49,909 nt of DNA, from NCBI GenBank assembly GCA_040754455.1, contig JBFMCP010000025.1, positions 1 through 49,909 of the forward strand. Reading direction: 5' to 3'. The stretch comes from Nitrospirota bacterium. GTDB lineage: Bacteria > Nitrospirota > Thermodesulfovibrionia > Thermodesulfovibrionales > Dissulfurispiraceae. Under the pieces are notes generated by a model. The model was given only the letters and a program-made list of their open reading frames with translations, made no database searches and had not been told where the DNA came from. Made by a program: the position numbers and the translations under genes. This document shows positions 8,578 to 19,120 of the stretch, piece after piece; position 1 is the first letter of the stretch, and each line of letters starts with the position of its first letter.

Positions 8578-9173
8578 CCTGCTGTTTCTCCGACGGCAAT
8601 GCGGATTTTCCGATAATCTTCCATGGTATCCATATCGAGCACGACACCGGGGTCGTCGACCGTAATGACCGATACGCTCGAAGGGTTCCGTCGTTGGAGG
8701 TCCCTCAACGTAGCTCCTGAGAAAACTTCATTGATGACGGCAGCAGGAAAAAGAGTGGGATGCCCTCTTTTTCCCCGGTGCTCAGGAATAATGATGTTGT
8801 CGGGGTGACTGCGGTGACGGCGTGCCAGCGTCCTGAGCGTTGCCGCTTGCACCAGCGGATGGTCGGAAAGGCAGACGAGAATGCCCGAGGGATCCCTGCT
8901 CAGAGCTCTCAGGCCGACCCTTACCGACGCTGCCATATCGCTTTGAGGTGCCCTGTTAAAGACTGTAGCAACAGGAAGGTCCGTAATGGCGTTTGCTATC
9001 TCTTCTCCTTTGTATCCCAGCACAACGATGACCTGTCCGATTCCCGCCTTAAGGACTGTATCAAGACAATGCCTGATGACCGGCTTCCCCTGCAGGGGAA
9101 GGAGCTGTTTGGGCCGGCCCATTCTCGTGGATGCGCCTGCTGCAAGAAGAAGCGCTGCGACGCGAGGGTGCAT
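8574..9173 (-). CDS. mocA: Molybdenum cofactor cytidylyltransferase-like NTP transferase
   Basis: LLLAAGASTRMGRPKQLL, GKRGHPTLF and DMDT. In an operon with XdhC and a molybdoenzyme. Confidence 0.85.
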   Translation of the reverse strand: MHPRVAALLLAAGASTRMGRPKQLLPLQGKPVIRHCLDTVLKAGIGQVIVVLGYKGEEIANAITDLPVATVFNRAPQSDMAASVRVGLRALSRDPSGILVCLSDHPLVQAATLRTLARRHRSHPDNIIIPEHRGKRGHPTLFPAAVINEVFSGATLRDLQRRNPSSVSVITVDDPGVVLDMDTMEDYRKIRIAVGETAG

Positions 9174-9930
9174 GATTCCTCCTGGTCTGTATGATCTGCG
9201 CCATGATGCTTATGGCGATCTCCTCGGGGGTGACCGAGCCGATAGGGAGTCCGACAGGGATGATCACCCTTTGTATATCTCTCCCGGAGAAGCCCTCCTG
9301 CTCAAGTGTTCTGAAGAGGACCGCCCTTTTCCGCTTGCTCCCCAGCAGCCCTATATAGGAGGCGTCGGTCCGTAATGCAGCTTTCAAGGCGTCAAGGTCA
9401 TGATTATGGCCGCGTGTTGCGACCACGATAGAGTCGGTGCGGTCGATGGACACGGCTGAAAACGCATCCTCAAATGGACTCACTATGAGCTCGTGGGCAT
9501 CGGGGAGGTGCTCTTTGTTGGCATAGTCTTCTCTATCATCAATCACCGTCACCCTGAACCCGGAGAACCGCGCTGCATGTGACAATGCCTTACCGACATG
9601 TCCTGCTCCGAGAATAATGAGACGCGGTTCGGGAATAACCGGCTCGATATAGACCAGAATTTTCCCTCCGCAGACCAGTCCGCCTTTGGCTTCGGTAAGC
9701 TCAAAAGGCAGCGTGCCGGGCGCGCCGTCTTTCAGCGCAATGAGCGCGGCCTGCACGACCGCCGCCTCGACACACCCGCCGCCGAGCGTTCCAACGAGGG
9801 TGCCGTCATCGCGCACCAGCATCTTTGCTCCCTCTTTCTGGGGAGAGGAGCCGATACTCTGGACAATGGTGGCAAGGGCACAGGGCCTGCCAAGCTTTTT
9901 CAGTCGCACTAATTCATCATAGATATCCAT
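9061..9930 (-). CDS. xdhC: XdhC/CoxI family molybdoenzyme maturation protein
   Basis: GSSPQKEGAKM, GTLGGGCVE, GAGHVG, VATRGHNHD, YIGLLGS and TPEEIAISI. The C-terminal tail overlaps mocA. Confidence 0.9.
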   Translation of the reverse strand: MDIYDELVRLKKLGRPCALATIVQSIGSSPQKEGAKMLVRDDGTLVGTLGGGCVEAAVVQAALIALKDGAPGTLPFELTEAKGGLVCGGKILVYIEPVIPEPRLIILGAGHVGKALSHAARFSGFRVTVIDDREDYANKEHLPDAHELIVSPFEDAFSAVSIDRTDSIVVATRGHNHDLDALKAALRTDASYIGLLGSKRKRAVLFRTLEQEGFSGRDIQRVIIPVGLPIGSVTPEEIAISIMAQIIQTRRNHAPSRRSASSCSRRIHENGPAQTAPSPAGEAGHQALS

Positions 9931-12101
9931 TTAAATGTTCTTTAATGCCTCCCTGACCCTTTCTGCAGTCATCGGCAACTGACGTATCCGTGCGCCTGTT
10001 GCGGCAAATACCGCATTCGCCACAGCAGGTGCAATCGGCGGCACCCCGGGTTCTCCGATGCCTCCCGGCTTTTCGTTGCTCTGCACAATGTGCACTTCGA
10101 CTTCGGGCATCTCATTGATGCGCAACACTTCATAGTCATTGAAGTTGCTTTGCTCAACCTTGCCGTTCTTGAGTGTGATCGCACCATGAAGTGCTGCAGA
10201 AAGGCCGAAGACGATTCCTGATTCCATCTGCGCCGCAATGATATCAGGATTTACCACCTTGCCGCAATCGACCGCGCAGACCACTTTATGAACGCGTACC
10301 GTTCCTTCCGGACTGACCGAGGCCTCAGCCACCTGAGCAATAAAGCTGCCGAATGATTCGTGCACCGCGATCCCGTGCGCACGGCCGTGCGGCAGCGGTT
10401 TCCCCCAGCCTGCTTTCTGTGCCGCAAGTTCCAGCACGCCGCGATGGCGCGGATGCCTGTCAAGCAGCTTGCGGCGGAACGCATAAGGATCTTTCCTCGC
10501 TGCATGCGCTACCTCGTCCAGAAAGCTTTCGACGACAAAGGCGGTGTGGGAATGACCGACAGAGCGCCACCAGAGCACCGGCACCCCTATCTTCGGGCTG
10601 TGCAGATCAACAAGGATATTCGGGATGGCATACGGTATATCTTTGGCCCCTTCGACCGACGACTCGTCTACGCCGTCCTTGACGAGTACTTTTTCGAACG
10701 GCGTCCCTGCAAGGATCGACTGTCCGACAATCGTATGCCGCCAGGCCACTGGATTGCCGTCCGCATCGAGCCCTGCGGAGATGCGGTCGAACCACATGGG
10801 GCGGTAGTAGCCCCCTTTGATATCGTCTTCACGGGTCCAGATTACTTTGACCGGCCTCCCTGCTGCTTTCGCGACCTGCACTGCCTCTACAACGAAGTCG
10901 GATTGAGGGTTCGCCCGGCGGCCGAAGCCGCCGCCCAGGAGTGTGGTATGGAGTTTGACCTGCTCGGGTTTGAGCCCTGCAACGCGTGCTGCGGCATCCC
11001 GATCAATGGTCTGGAACTGGGTACCGGCCCAGATTTCGCAACGGTCGGTGCGCAGATCAACCACGCAGTTCAAGGGCTCCATGGGTGCATGCGCGAGATA
11101 AGGGACTTCGTACTCGGCGCTGATATGCGTTGCTGCCTTTGCAAGCGCCTGGTCGGGGTCGCCTTCCTTACGGGTGACCACTCCGGCGGTTTTTGCCAGG
11201 TTTGCGTACTGTTCACGCATGCCTGCTGTTGAGAGCTGCGCGTTTGGACCTTTATCCCATACGATTTCGAGGGCGTCCCTTCCCTTTTTCGCCGGCCAGA
11301 AGCCCGTAGCAATGACAGCCACCCCTGCCGGCACCTGTACCACTTCTTTCACGCCGGGAACTGCTCTGGCCCTGTCTGCCTTGATGCTCACGACTTTTGC
11401 GCCGAACACCGGTGGCCGTGCAATTACCGCGGTGAGCATATCGGGAATATACACGTCCATGCCGAAGACAGCCTTGCCGTTGACCTTGCCGGGAGTATCG
11501 AGGCGGCGCATCGGCTTGCCGATGATCGTATACTTCGATGGATCCTTAAGCTTTATGTCCTTTGGCACGGGCAAAGCAGCGGCCTTGTCTGCGAGTTGGC
11601 CATAGGTGAGTGACGTGCCGCTCCGGTGGATCACCTTTCCGTTCTCGGCGCGGCAGCTTGCTCTGTCCACGTTCCAGGCGGCTGCTGCTGCGGCGATCAG
11701 CATCTCACGGGCCGCAGCGCCGACGTTGCGCAGCCGGTTGTATTCGCTCCAGACGCTGGTGCTGCCGCCGGTCATTTGCATACCGAAAGCGGTATGATTG
11801 TATGCAGGATCTACGGGGGCCGGTTCCACTCTGATCTTCGTCCAATCGGCTTCGAGCTCCTCGGCCACGAGCATCGGAAGCGATGTATATACGCCCTGTC
11901 CCATTTCGGAATGATTGACGATGATGGTCACTGTATTGTCGGTGCCGATGCGGATGAACGCGTTCGGTTCGAGCGGCGGTGCCGGCGGCACCGCTTCACT
12001 CGGTGGTACACGGAGCGGAAGAGAGATGCCAAGGATCAGACCTCCACCCAAAAGGGCGCCGGTCTTCAGGAGGCCGCGGCGGCTTATGTTGATGATGTCG
12101 C

Positions 12102-12105
<4 letters not shown>
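9931..12105 (-). CDS. Xanthine dehydrogenase family molybdopterin-binding subunit (IorB-like, Tat-exported)
   Basis: Start reassigned to ATG 12105 ([14 protein letters not shown], Tat motif). EMGQG, HAPMEP, GGGFGRR, WWRSVG and GIGEPG motifs. Confidence 0.92.
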
Positions 12106-12566
<461 letters not shown>

Positions 12567-12632
12567 GCCGGCTCCTTTCGTGTTCTTCAGGTATAGCTTT
12601 TCAGGGACGTTTAGTTGGCTGCATCATCTTAA

Positions 12633-12661
12633 ATTCTATCGCCTGGGGTAGTGAGTGTCAA
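12633..12661 (-). promoter_or_regulatory. Sigma-70-type promoter of the iorAB operon
   Basis: Minus strand TTGACA-17 nt-TAGAAT. Confidence 0.65.
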
Positions 12662-12726
12662 TTGAGGCACAAGGGCTCTCCTCGGAGGCAGGCTTTCGGG
12701 GGACCCCGCTGTGGTAAAATAAACGT

Positions 12727-14490
12727 ATGCCTAAAATTAACGTTCTTCCCTTGTCACTCCGCAACAAGATCGCTGCCGGGGAAGTGGTCGAGCGGCCGTC
12801 CTCGGTCGTCAAAGAGCTCATAGAGAATTCCATAGACGCGGGGAGTACGCGCATTACGGTCGAGACCTCCCATGCCGGCAAGCGGCTCATCAGGGTTTCT
12901 GATAACGGTATCGGTATGGAGCGGGAGGATGTGCTGCTCGCGTTCGAGCGTTATGCCACCAGCAAGATCAGCGACGAGCGTGATCTCTTTCATATAACGA
13001 CGATGGGATTCCGCGGTGAAGCGCTCTCTTCCATCGCTTCTGTTGCGAAGGTCAGGCTTACCACCGCCCCCCGAAAGAACAATGAGACCGTCCTTGCTTC
13101 AGGGACCTGTATTGAGCTGATCGGCGGAGAGGTAAAGGAGATAAAAGATTGTCCTGTGCTGGGTACCAGCATTGAGGTGAAGGACCTCTTTTTCAATACC
13201 CCGGCACGCCGCAAATTCCTCAAATCGGATACAACGGAGAATTACCATATCATCGATACGGTGACGAGAGCGGCCCTCGCCCATTTCCCCATCGGCTTTA
13301 TCCTGCATATGGATGGCAGCGAGGTGCTCCACCTCCCTGCTGCGTTTGCGCTGAGAGAGCGGCTCCTGCAGGTGTACGGAAAAGAGTTTATCGATGGTTT
13401 GCTCGAGACTGAATCAGAATCGGGGCAGGCCCGCGTCAAGGCGTTCTTCAGCACACCAGTCAATCTGAGGAACAACAAAAATAATCAGTTTCTTTTCATC
13501 AATGGGCGGCCGGTGAAGGACCAATCGGTCGCGTATGCGGTATATAAGGCGTTCGAAGGGATGCTCCCGAAGGAAAAGCATCCCATCTTTTTTATCTTTC
13601 TGGAGCTCGACCCTTCCCGTGTTGATTTCAATGTCCATCCGGCGAAACGCGAGGTGCGCTTCGAGAACAAGAGCAGTGTCTTTGAGCTGGTCTATCAGGC
13701 AGTGAGCAAAACCTTGAAACATGGCGTGACGGAGCCATGGAGGAATGAGAAAAAGAAAGACGGAGCGGGAGATAATGCCGGGGTAATGGAGTACTGGCGT
13801 ACCGAGAAACGAACAGAGGAAGTTCCCCACTACTCCAATGCCTCTGAATCTCCTCTGCTCCATTGCTCCGAGACATCATCTCCCTTCGTCGGTCCTTTCG
13901 CGGAATCTGTTCCGTTCCTTTACCTCGGCGATACTCTTGTTGCAGTGAGCGACATGAAGGGAGTGACGGTTATTGATTATCATGCTGCTCATGAGCGGAT
14001 CAACTATGAACGGTTCCTGAAGAAAACGGGCATTCCCTCTTATCCCCTTCTCTTTCCGCAGCAGGTGAAGCTCCCGCAGGGAGAGTACCGGGTTGTTCTC
14101 GACCATCTTGCGATGCTCAATGATTTCGGCCTGGAGGTGGATGACTTCGGCCACGGCACCCTGCTGGTCAGGAGCCTTCCCGAGCCGCTGAGGGATGCCG
14201 ATGCCGCTGCATTGATGAGCGATGTCGCAGCAGCGCTTCTGGAGAGGGACCGCGGAATGGGAAAGGAAGGGGACGCGCATCTTGAACCTCTGGAAGTAAC
14301 GAGAAAGAAAATCGCCGCGCGGCTGGCCTGCCACTCCTCAATACGGGGGAAGGAAGTTCCTGACGGGGCGAGGATCGCGGCATTGATGAAATCCCTCGAT
14401 GCAGCGGACAATCCCCATACCTGTCCCCACGGAAGACCGACGAGAGTCGTTGTATCGTTGGAAGAGCTGAGAAGGATGTTCAGAAAGTAA
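12727..14490 (+). CDS. mutL: DNA mismatch repair endonuclease MutL
   Basis: IAAGEVVERP, GFRGEAL, VDFNVHPAKREV, endonuclease motif DYHAAHERI, ACH and CPHGRP. Confidence 0.97.
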   Translation: MPKINVLPLSLRNKIAAGEVVERPSSVVKELIENSIDAGSTRITVETSHAGKRLIRVSDNGIGMEREDVLLAFERYATSKISDERDLFHITTMGFRGEALSSIASVAKVRLTTAPRKNNETVLASGTCIELIGGEVKEIKDCPVLGTSIEVKDLFFNTPARRKFLKSDTTENYHIIDTVTRAALAHFPIGFILHMDGSEVLHLPAAFALRERLLQVYGKEFIDGLLETESESGQARVKAFFSTPVNLRNNKNNQFLFINGRPVKDQSVAYAVYKAFEGMLPKEKHPIFFIFLELDPSRVDFNVHPAKREVRFENKSSVFELVYQAVSKTLKHGVTEPWRNEKKKDGAGDNAGVMEYWRTEKRTEEVPHYSNASESPLLHCSETSSPFVGPFAESVPFLYLGDTLVAVSDMKGVTVIDYHAAHERINYERFLKKTGIPSYPLLFPQQVKLPQGEYRVVLDHLAMLNDFGLEVDDFGHGTLLVRSLPEPLRDADAAALMSDVAAALLERDRGMGKEGDAHLEPLEVTRKKIAARLACHSSIRGKEVPDGARIAALMKSLDAADNPHTCPHGRPTRVVVSLEELRRMFRK

Positions 14491-15736
14491 CTCTTCTGAC
14501 ATCAGCACCGATCTTCTTGAGCTTTTCGTCCATCTTTTCGTATCCCCTGTCAAGATGGTAGATCCTATGGATGACGCTCTCGTCCTCAGCGCGCAATGCA
14601 GCGACAATGAGCGATGCCGATGCCCTCAGGTCTGTTGCCATGACCGGCGCTCCCATGAGTTTATCGACGCCCCTGATCGTGGCAGTGCCTCCCTCGATGC
14701 TGATATCGGCGCCCATCCTCTTGAGCTCTGCCACATGCATGAACCTGTTCTCGAAGACCGTCTCAGTGATGACACTGGTGCCGTTTGCAACGGCCATCAT
14801 GGCCATGAACTGGGCCTGCATATCCGTAGGAAAGCCGGGGTAAGGGATGGTTTTGACATCCTGGGCTGCCGGTTTTTTCGGGCCTATGACCCTGAGCCCC
14901 CTCTTTGTCTCTTTAAAGACAAGCCCGGCATCTTTCATCTTCATGATGACGGCGTCGAGGTGGTCGGGTCTGCATCCGTTCAGGACGATATCGCCCCGGC
15001 AGGCACCGGCAATCGCTATGAAGGTACCGGTCTCGATTCTATCCGGTATGACTTCATAGTTGCTGATGGGTTTCAGGGTGTCCACGCCCTCGATCTCGAT
15101 AACACTCTCCCCCGCGCCCCGTATCTTGGCACCCATGGAAATAAGGCAGTTTGCCAGGTCGACCACCTCGGGCTCACGGGCTGCGTTCTCCAGTATTGTC
15201 GTGCCTTTGGCAAGAGCTGCGGCCATCATGAGGTTTTCTGTTCCCGTAACCGTTACAGTATCGAAATAGATGGAAGCGCCTTTCAGTCGGCTTGCCTTTG
15301 CAATAACATATCCCTTTTCGAGCTTTATCTTTGCCCCCATTTTTTCGAGACCCATAAGGTGGAGATTGATCGGCCGCGCGCCGATGGCGCAGCCGCCGGG
15401 CAGGGAGACGCGTGCCTTGCCGTAGCGCGCCAGCAGGGGGCCCAGAACGAGCACCGAGGCGCGCATGGTTTTTACCAGCTCATAGGGTGCTTCGAACTTG
15501 TTGGTTGCCGCGCTGTTGATCGTTGCAACGCCACTCTTGTAGCTGTATTTTATCCCCATGTGGGAAAGGAGTCTCCCCATGGTGGCAACATCCCTCAGAT
15601 CGGGAACCCTCTCGATGCTGCTTTTTCCAGCTGCCAGTATGGAAGCGGTGAGGATAGGGAGCGCGGCGTTCTTTGCGCCGCTGATGGTTACTTCACCCTT
15701 TAACGGTTTATTCCCTCTGATGACCAATGCATCCAT
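14480..15736 (-). CDS. murA: UDP-N-acetylglucosamine 1-carboxyvinyltransferase
   Basis: [34 protein letters not shown] and HLDRGY. Confidence 0.98.
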   Translation of the reverse strand: MDALVIRGNKPLKGEVTISGAKNAALPILTASILAAGKSSIERVPDLRDVATMGRLLSHMGIKYSYKSGVATINSAATNKFEAPYELVKTMRASVLVLGPLLARYGKARVSLPGGCAIGARPINLHLMGLEKMGAKIKLEKGYVIAKASRLKGASIYFDTVTVTGTENLMMAAALAKGTTILENAAREPEVVDLANCLISMGAKIRGAGESVIEIEGVDTLKPISNYEVIPDRIETGTFIAIAGACRGDIVLNGCRPDHLDAVIMKMKDAGLVFKETKRGLRVIGPKKPAAQDVKTIPYPGFPTDMQAQFMAMMAVANGTSVITETVFENRFMHVAELKRMGADISIEGGTATIRGVDKLMGAPVMATDLRASASLIVAALRAEDESVIHRIYHLDRGYEKMDEKLKKIGADVRRVTF

Positions 15737-15852
15737 GTCATGAAATCCTTGTCTCTTGACCCGAAATTCCGATCCGCATCAGGCGGATTCCTGGTGAGTA
15801 TCTGCGCTCAAGCATACTATCTTAACATATAATGAAAGAGTTATAATCACGT

Positions 15853-17964
15853 ATGGTTACGATCAAAACAGTCATTGAGAAAATCCTTTCATATAAGCCG
15901 CATGCCAATGTCGAAAGGATCAAAAAGGCCTATATTTTTTCTCGCGAGGCACATTGCAGTCAGAAGCGGGTCGAGGGGTCGCCGTACATAAACCACCCCC
16001 TCGCTGTTGCCGATATCCTCGCCGATATGCGGCTCGATACCCCGACGATCGCTGCGGGACTGCTCCATGATACGGTTGAAGATACCGGGACTACCACTGA
16101 AGATATCCGTGATATGTTCGGCAACGATATCGCCTTTCTCGTCGACGCGCTGACAAAACTCTCGAGGGTCGAATTCCAGACCAAAGAGGATGCCCAGGCA
16201 GAGAACTTCCGTAAGATGCTGCTCGCCATGTCGAAGGATGTACGGGTCATCCTCATCAAGTTTGCGGACCGGCTCCATAACATGAGGACGATCGAGTATC
16301 TTCCTGAGGAAAAGCGCAGGAGGATCGCGAAAGAGACGCTCGAAATCTATGCCCCCCTTGCGAACAGGCTCGGCATTGGATGGTTGCGGTCAGAGTTCGA
16401 AGACCTCAGCTTCAAGACCCTCATGCCCGACCTCTTCAATGACCTCGTTGCCAAGGTGGCAAAGCGCAAAGAGGACCAGGAGCGTTATATCAACGAGATC
16501 AAAAAGCTCATCACGGAAAAGCTTACCATGGCGGGGATTACGGCAAACATCAAAGGCAGGGCAAAGCATTACTACGGAATCTACCAGAAGATAATGAAAC
16601 AGAAGATCCCTTTTGAGCAGGTTCATGATGTGATCGGGCTCAGGATCATCACCGATACCCTGACCCACTGCTATGATATCCTCGGCATCATTCATTCTCT
16701 CTGGCCCCTTGTCCCCGGCAGGTTCAAGGATTTCATAAGCCTGCCCAAATCGAACATGTACCAGTCGCTCCATACCACCGTCGTCGGCCCCGGTGGAGAC
16801 CGGGTGGAGTTCCAGATACGCACGAAGTTCATGGATGAGCTTGCCGAGGAAGGTATTGCCGCCCATTGGAGATACAAGGAAAAGGACACCATCGACCATA
16901 AGAATGCGCGTTTTATCGCCTGGCTCAGGGAGCTGGTCAAGGATATTTCGGACGCCAAGGAGTTCCTCGAGGCGGTCAAGGGAGAAGTCATTCCCGACAC
17001 AGTGTATGTCTTTACTCCCAAGGGCGATATAAAGGAGCTCCCAGTCGATTCGACTCCTGTTGATTTCGCCTACAGCATCCACACACAGGTAGGCCATAAG
17101 TGCATCGGTGCAAAGGTGAACGGCAAGATCGTCCCGCTCAGATATAAACTCAACAGCGGCGATGTGGTCGAGGTCATTACCTCTCCCACGCATGGGCCGA
17201 GCAAGGACTGGATGAAGTTTGTCGTCACCCCCCGCGCCAAGAACAGGATAAAGCAATGGATCAAGACCGAGGAGCGCAAGAAGAGCCTTGAGCTCGGGAC
17301 AAAGCTCCTCGAAGACGAAATCAGGCGTCACAACCTGCCTCTTGCAACGCTTAAATCAGAGAAGATGAATGAGGTCCTTAAGACCATGAGCCTCCAGACC
17401 CTCGAGGATCTCTATGTATCTGTCGGTTATGGAAAAGTCTCTGCCCATCAGGTGGTCAACAAATTTATGCCTGAGAAAGCGGAAGAGACGGTGGCGCCCA
17501 AAATAGGAAAGCCGCACAAGAGCACGAAGAGCATCATCACCATCAAGGGAATTGATAATGTGCTCTACCATATCGGCAAGTGCTGCTTTCCAGTGCCCGG
17601 CGACAAGATTGCCGGCTTTATCACGAAAGGCAAGGGGGTTACCATACACCGCAAGGACTGCCACAGCCTTGAGCGGCTTGCGGTGAACAGCGAACGGCTG
17701 ATCGAGGTGGAGTGGAGCCATGACGTCGATATTCTCTCGACGGCGAAGATTTACGTGGAGAGTATCGACAAGCCCGGTATTCTCGCGAATCTAACTACGA
17801 TCATTGCCGCGGCGAATGTGAATATCAGCCATATGCAGGCAAGTGCCACCCATGACAAGCGGTCGCTGCTCGAGTTCACCCTTGAGGTCAAGAATAAGAG
17901 TCAGATTGTCGGTCTCGTGAACAAGATTTCGCAGGTGGATGGAGTTTTGGGAGTGAGGAGATAG
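15853..17964 (+). CDS. spoT: Bifunctional (p)ppGpp synthetase/hydrolase (Rel/SpoT)
   Basis: HD hydrolase LHDTVED, ADRLHNMRT, RFKD, YQSLHTT, plus TGS and ACT domains. Confidence 0.95.
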   Translation: MVTIKTVIEKILSYKPHANVERIKKAYIFSREAHCSQKRVEGSPYINHPLAVADILADMRLDTPTIAAGLLHDTVEDTGTTTEDIRDMFGNDIAFLVDALTKLSRVEFQTKEDAQAENFRKMLLAMSKDVRVILIKFADRLHNMRTIEYLPEEKRRRIAKETLEIYAPLANRLGIGWLRSEFEDLSFKTLMPDLFNDLVAKVAKRKEDQERYINEIKKLITEKLTMAGITANIKGRAKHYYGIYQKIMKQKIPFEQVHDVIGLRIITDTLTHCYDILGIIHSLWPLVPGRFKDFISLPKSNMYQSLHTTVVGPGGDRVEFQIRTKFMDELAEEGIAAHWRYKEKDTIDHKNARFIAWLRELVKDISDAKEFLEAVKGEVIPDTVYVFTPKGDIKELPVDSTPVDFAYSIHTQVGHKCIGAKVNGKIVPLRYKLNSGDVVEVITSPTHGPSKDWMKFVVTPRAKNRIKQWIKTEERKKSLELGTKLLEDEIRRHNLPLATLKSEKMNEVLKTMSLQTLEDLYVSVGYGKVSAHQVVNKFMPEKAEETVAPKIGKPHKSTKSIITIKGIDNVLYHIGKCCFPVPGDKIAGFITKGKGVTIHRKDCHSLERLAVNSERLIEVEWSHDVDILSTAKIYVESIDKPGILANLTTIIAAANVNISHMQASATHDKRSLLEFTLEVKNKSQIVGLVNKISQVDGVLGVRR

Positions 17965-18045
17965 AATTCAGAAGTCAGAAGAAGAAAAATTGATGATTTC
18001 AGAACTGCGCAGGATTGTATCCCAGACGTCAGAATCGACCAATTA

Positions 18046-18843
18046 TCAATCTGAAATCCGAGAGGGTACGGTGAGGCCCCGTGAGGCGAACCGGGCGTTA
18101 TGCCTTTTGCACTTCCTGAGCAGTGTCTCGACCCTCTCACTCGTCAGGCAGCCGTGCTCGACGAAGTATTCTCCGATCCGCCGCTGCAGGAGTCGCTGGT
18201 AATAGAGAATAGTGTTGACCTGGAGGGGGCTCAACAATCCCATCCGTAGAGCGGCCTCACCCATGGACTCACTGAACTGCCTGGCTGCGAGAATCGTTCC
18301 GATCTCCCTCTCGGTAAGATAGCGCCACTGTAGGGCGATGGTACCGAACCGCGGACGCTGCCTGCGCTGCCAGACGATTGCCTCTATGAAGGTCTTCCAT
18401 GAAATGATCCCTGAATAGTACAGGAACTCACCGAAGAGCAGCGAACGCTGCGGCAACACTCCCGCGTATAACCGGTCCGAATGAATCCGGCCATCAGTAT
18501 ATCGCCTGTCCCGGCAGGGATGCGCCGCATGCCCGTGTGCCGCTGTCGCGGGCGACCATGCCCCTTTCGAGCGGCACTGCCGTGCGCTGTCCCTGCTTTT
18601 GCAGAACAGTATCAGCCGCTCCCGTGCCCATTGCGCCTCAATGAACAATTCGATGCCCTTCTTTTTCGCTTCCTCATTTGCGGTAATGAGCCGGTCGGGA
18701 TGGACGGCGAGTGCCTTTTTCTTGAAGGCCTTCGAGATGCCGGAGGGCTGAAGGCGCACAAAAAAATCCCGGGAGATGGCGGTCTCCGGTCCGAAGAGTA
18801 TCCTGCAGGCACGGACAAGCTCGTTTTCCGGGGGGCAACGCAT
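18046..18843 (-). CDS. J-domain protein with C-terminal MshEN-like repeats
   Basis: KAFKKKALAVHPDR (HPD motif). Repeats LFGEFLYYSGII, RFGTIALQWRYL, SMGEAALRMGLL and RIGEYFVEHGCL. Confidence 0.75.
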   Translation of the reverse strand: MRCPPENELVRACRILFGPETAISRDFFVRLQPSGISKAFKKKALAVHPDRLITANEEAKKKGIELFIEAQWARERLILFCKSRDSARQCRSKGAWSPATAAHGHAAHPCRDRRYTDGRIHSDRLYAGVLPQRSLLFGEFLYYSGIISWKTFIEAIVWQRRQRPRFGTIALQWRYLTEREIGTILAARQFSESMGEAALRMGLLSPLQVNTILYYQRLLQRRIGEYFVEHGCLTSERVETLLRKCKRHNARFASRGLTVPSRISD

Positions 18844-19066
18844 TGGCTGTAATTATAAGTTGTCGCGCCGGATATGTAAATACGCGGAAACGACGAGACC
18901 GGAACAAAGGTGGGAACAGACGGAGAGAGAGGAAAAAAGTGCTGTCTCTCACAGGCGGGGAGAGGAAATCTTTTCCCCTGCTCGCCTGCTGCAGGATGCA
19001 AAAAAAAACACTGATGCGGCTGATTCCTCTTGCAAACAAGTCTTCTTCAGAGGTCGCAAGATGCGA

Positions 19067-19082
19067 TGGCGCCGAATTTGCA
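19067..19082 (+). promoter_or_regulatory. Sigma-54 (-24/-12) promoter of the GGDEF gene
   Basis: TGGCGCCGAATTTGCA (GG-N10-GC), 39 nt upstream of ATG 19121. Confidence 0.7.
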
Positions 19083-19120
19083 TGTATATTTTTCAGTCCT
19101 TGCAGAGAGGAGGTTTTGTC

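Noticed and set aside
14555..17331. Long antisense ORFs (e.g. 14555-15703, 16390-17331; also 10360-11232, 46050-47000)
   Set aside because: Shadows of well-supported genes on the opposite strand, expected at this GC content and codon bias.
18776..19120. N-terminal extensions in the ORF track (18776 GGDEF; also 12288 IorB, 6483, 21006 AI-2E, 22604, 34587)
   Set aside because: They overlap other genes, promoters or IS sequence, and better RBS-supported starts (or a truncation) exist downstream.
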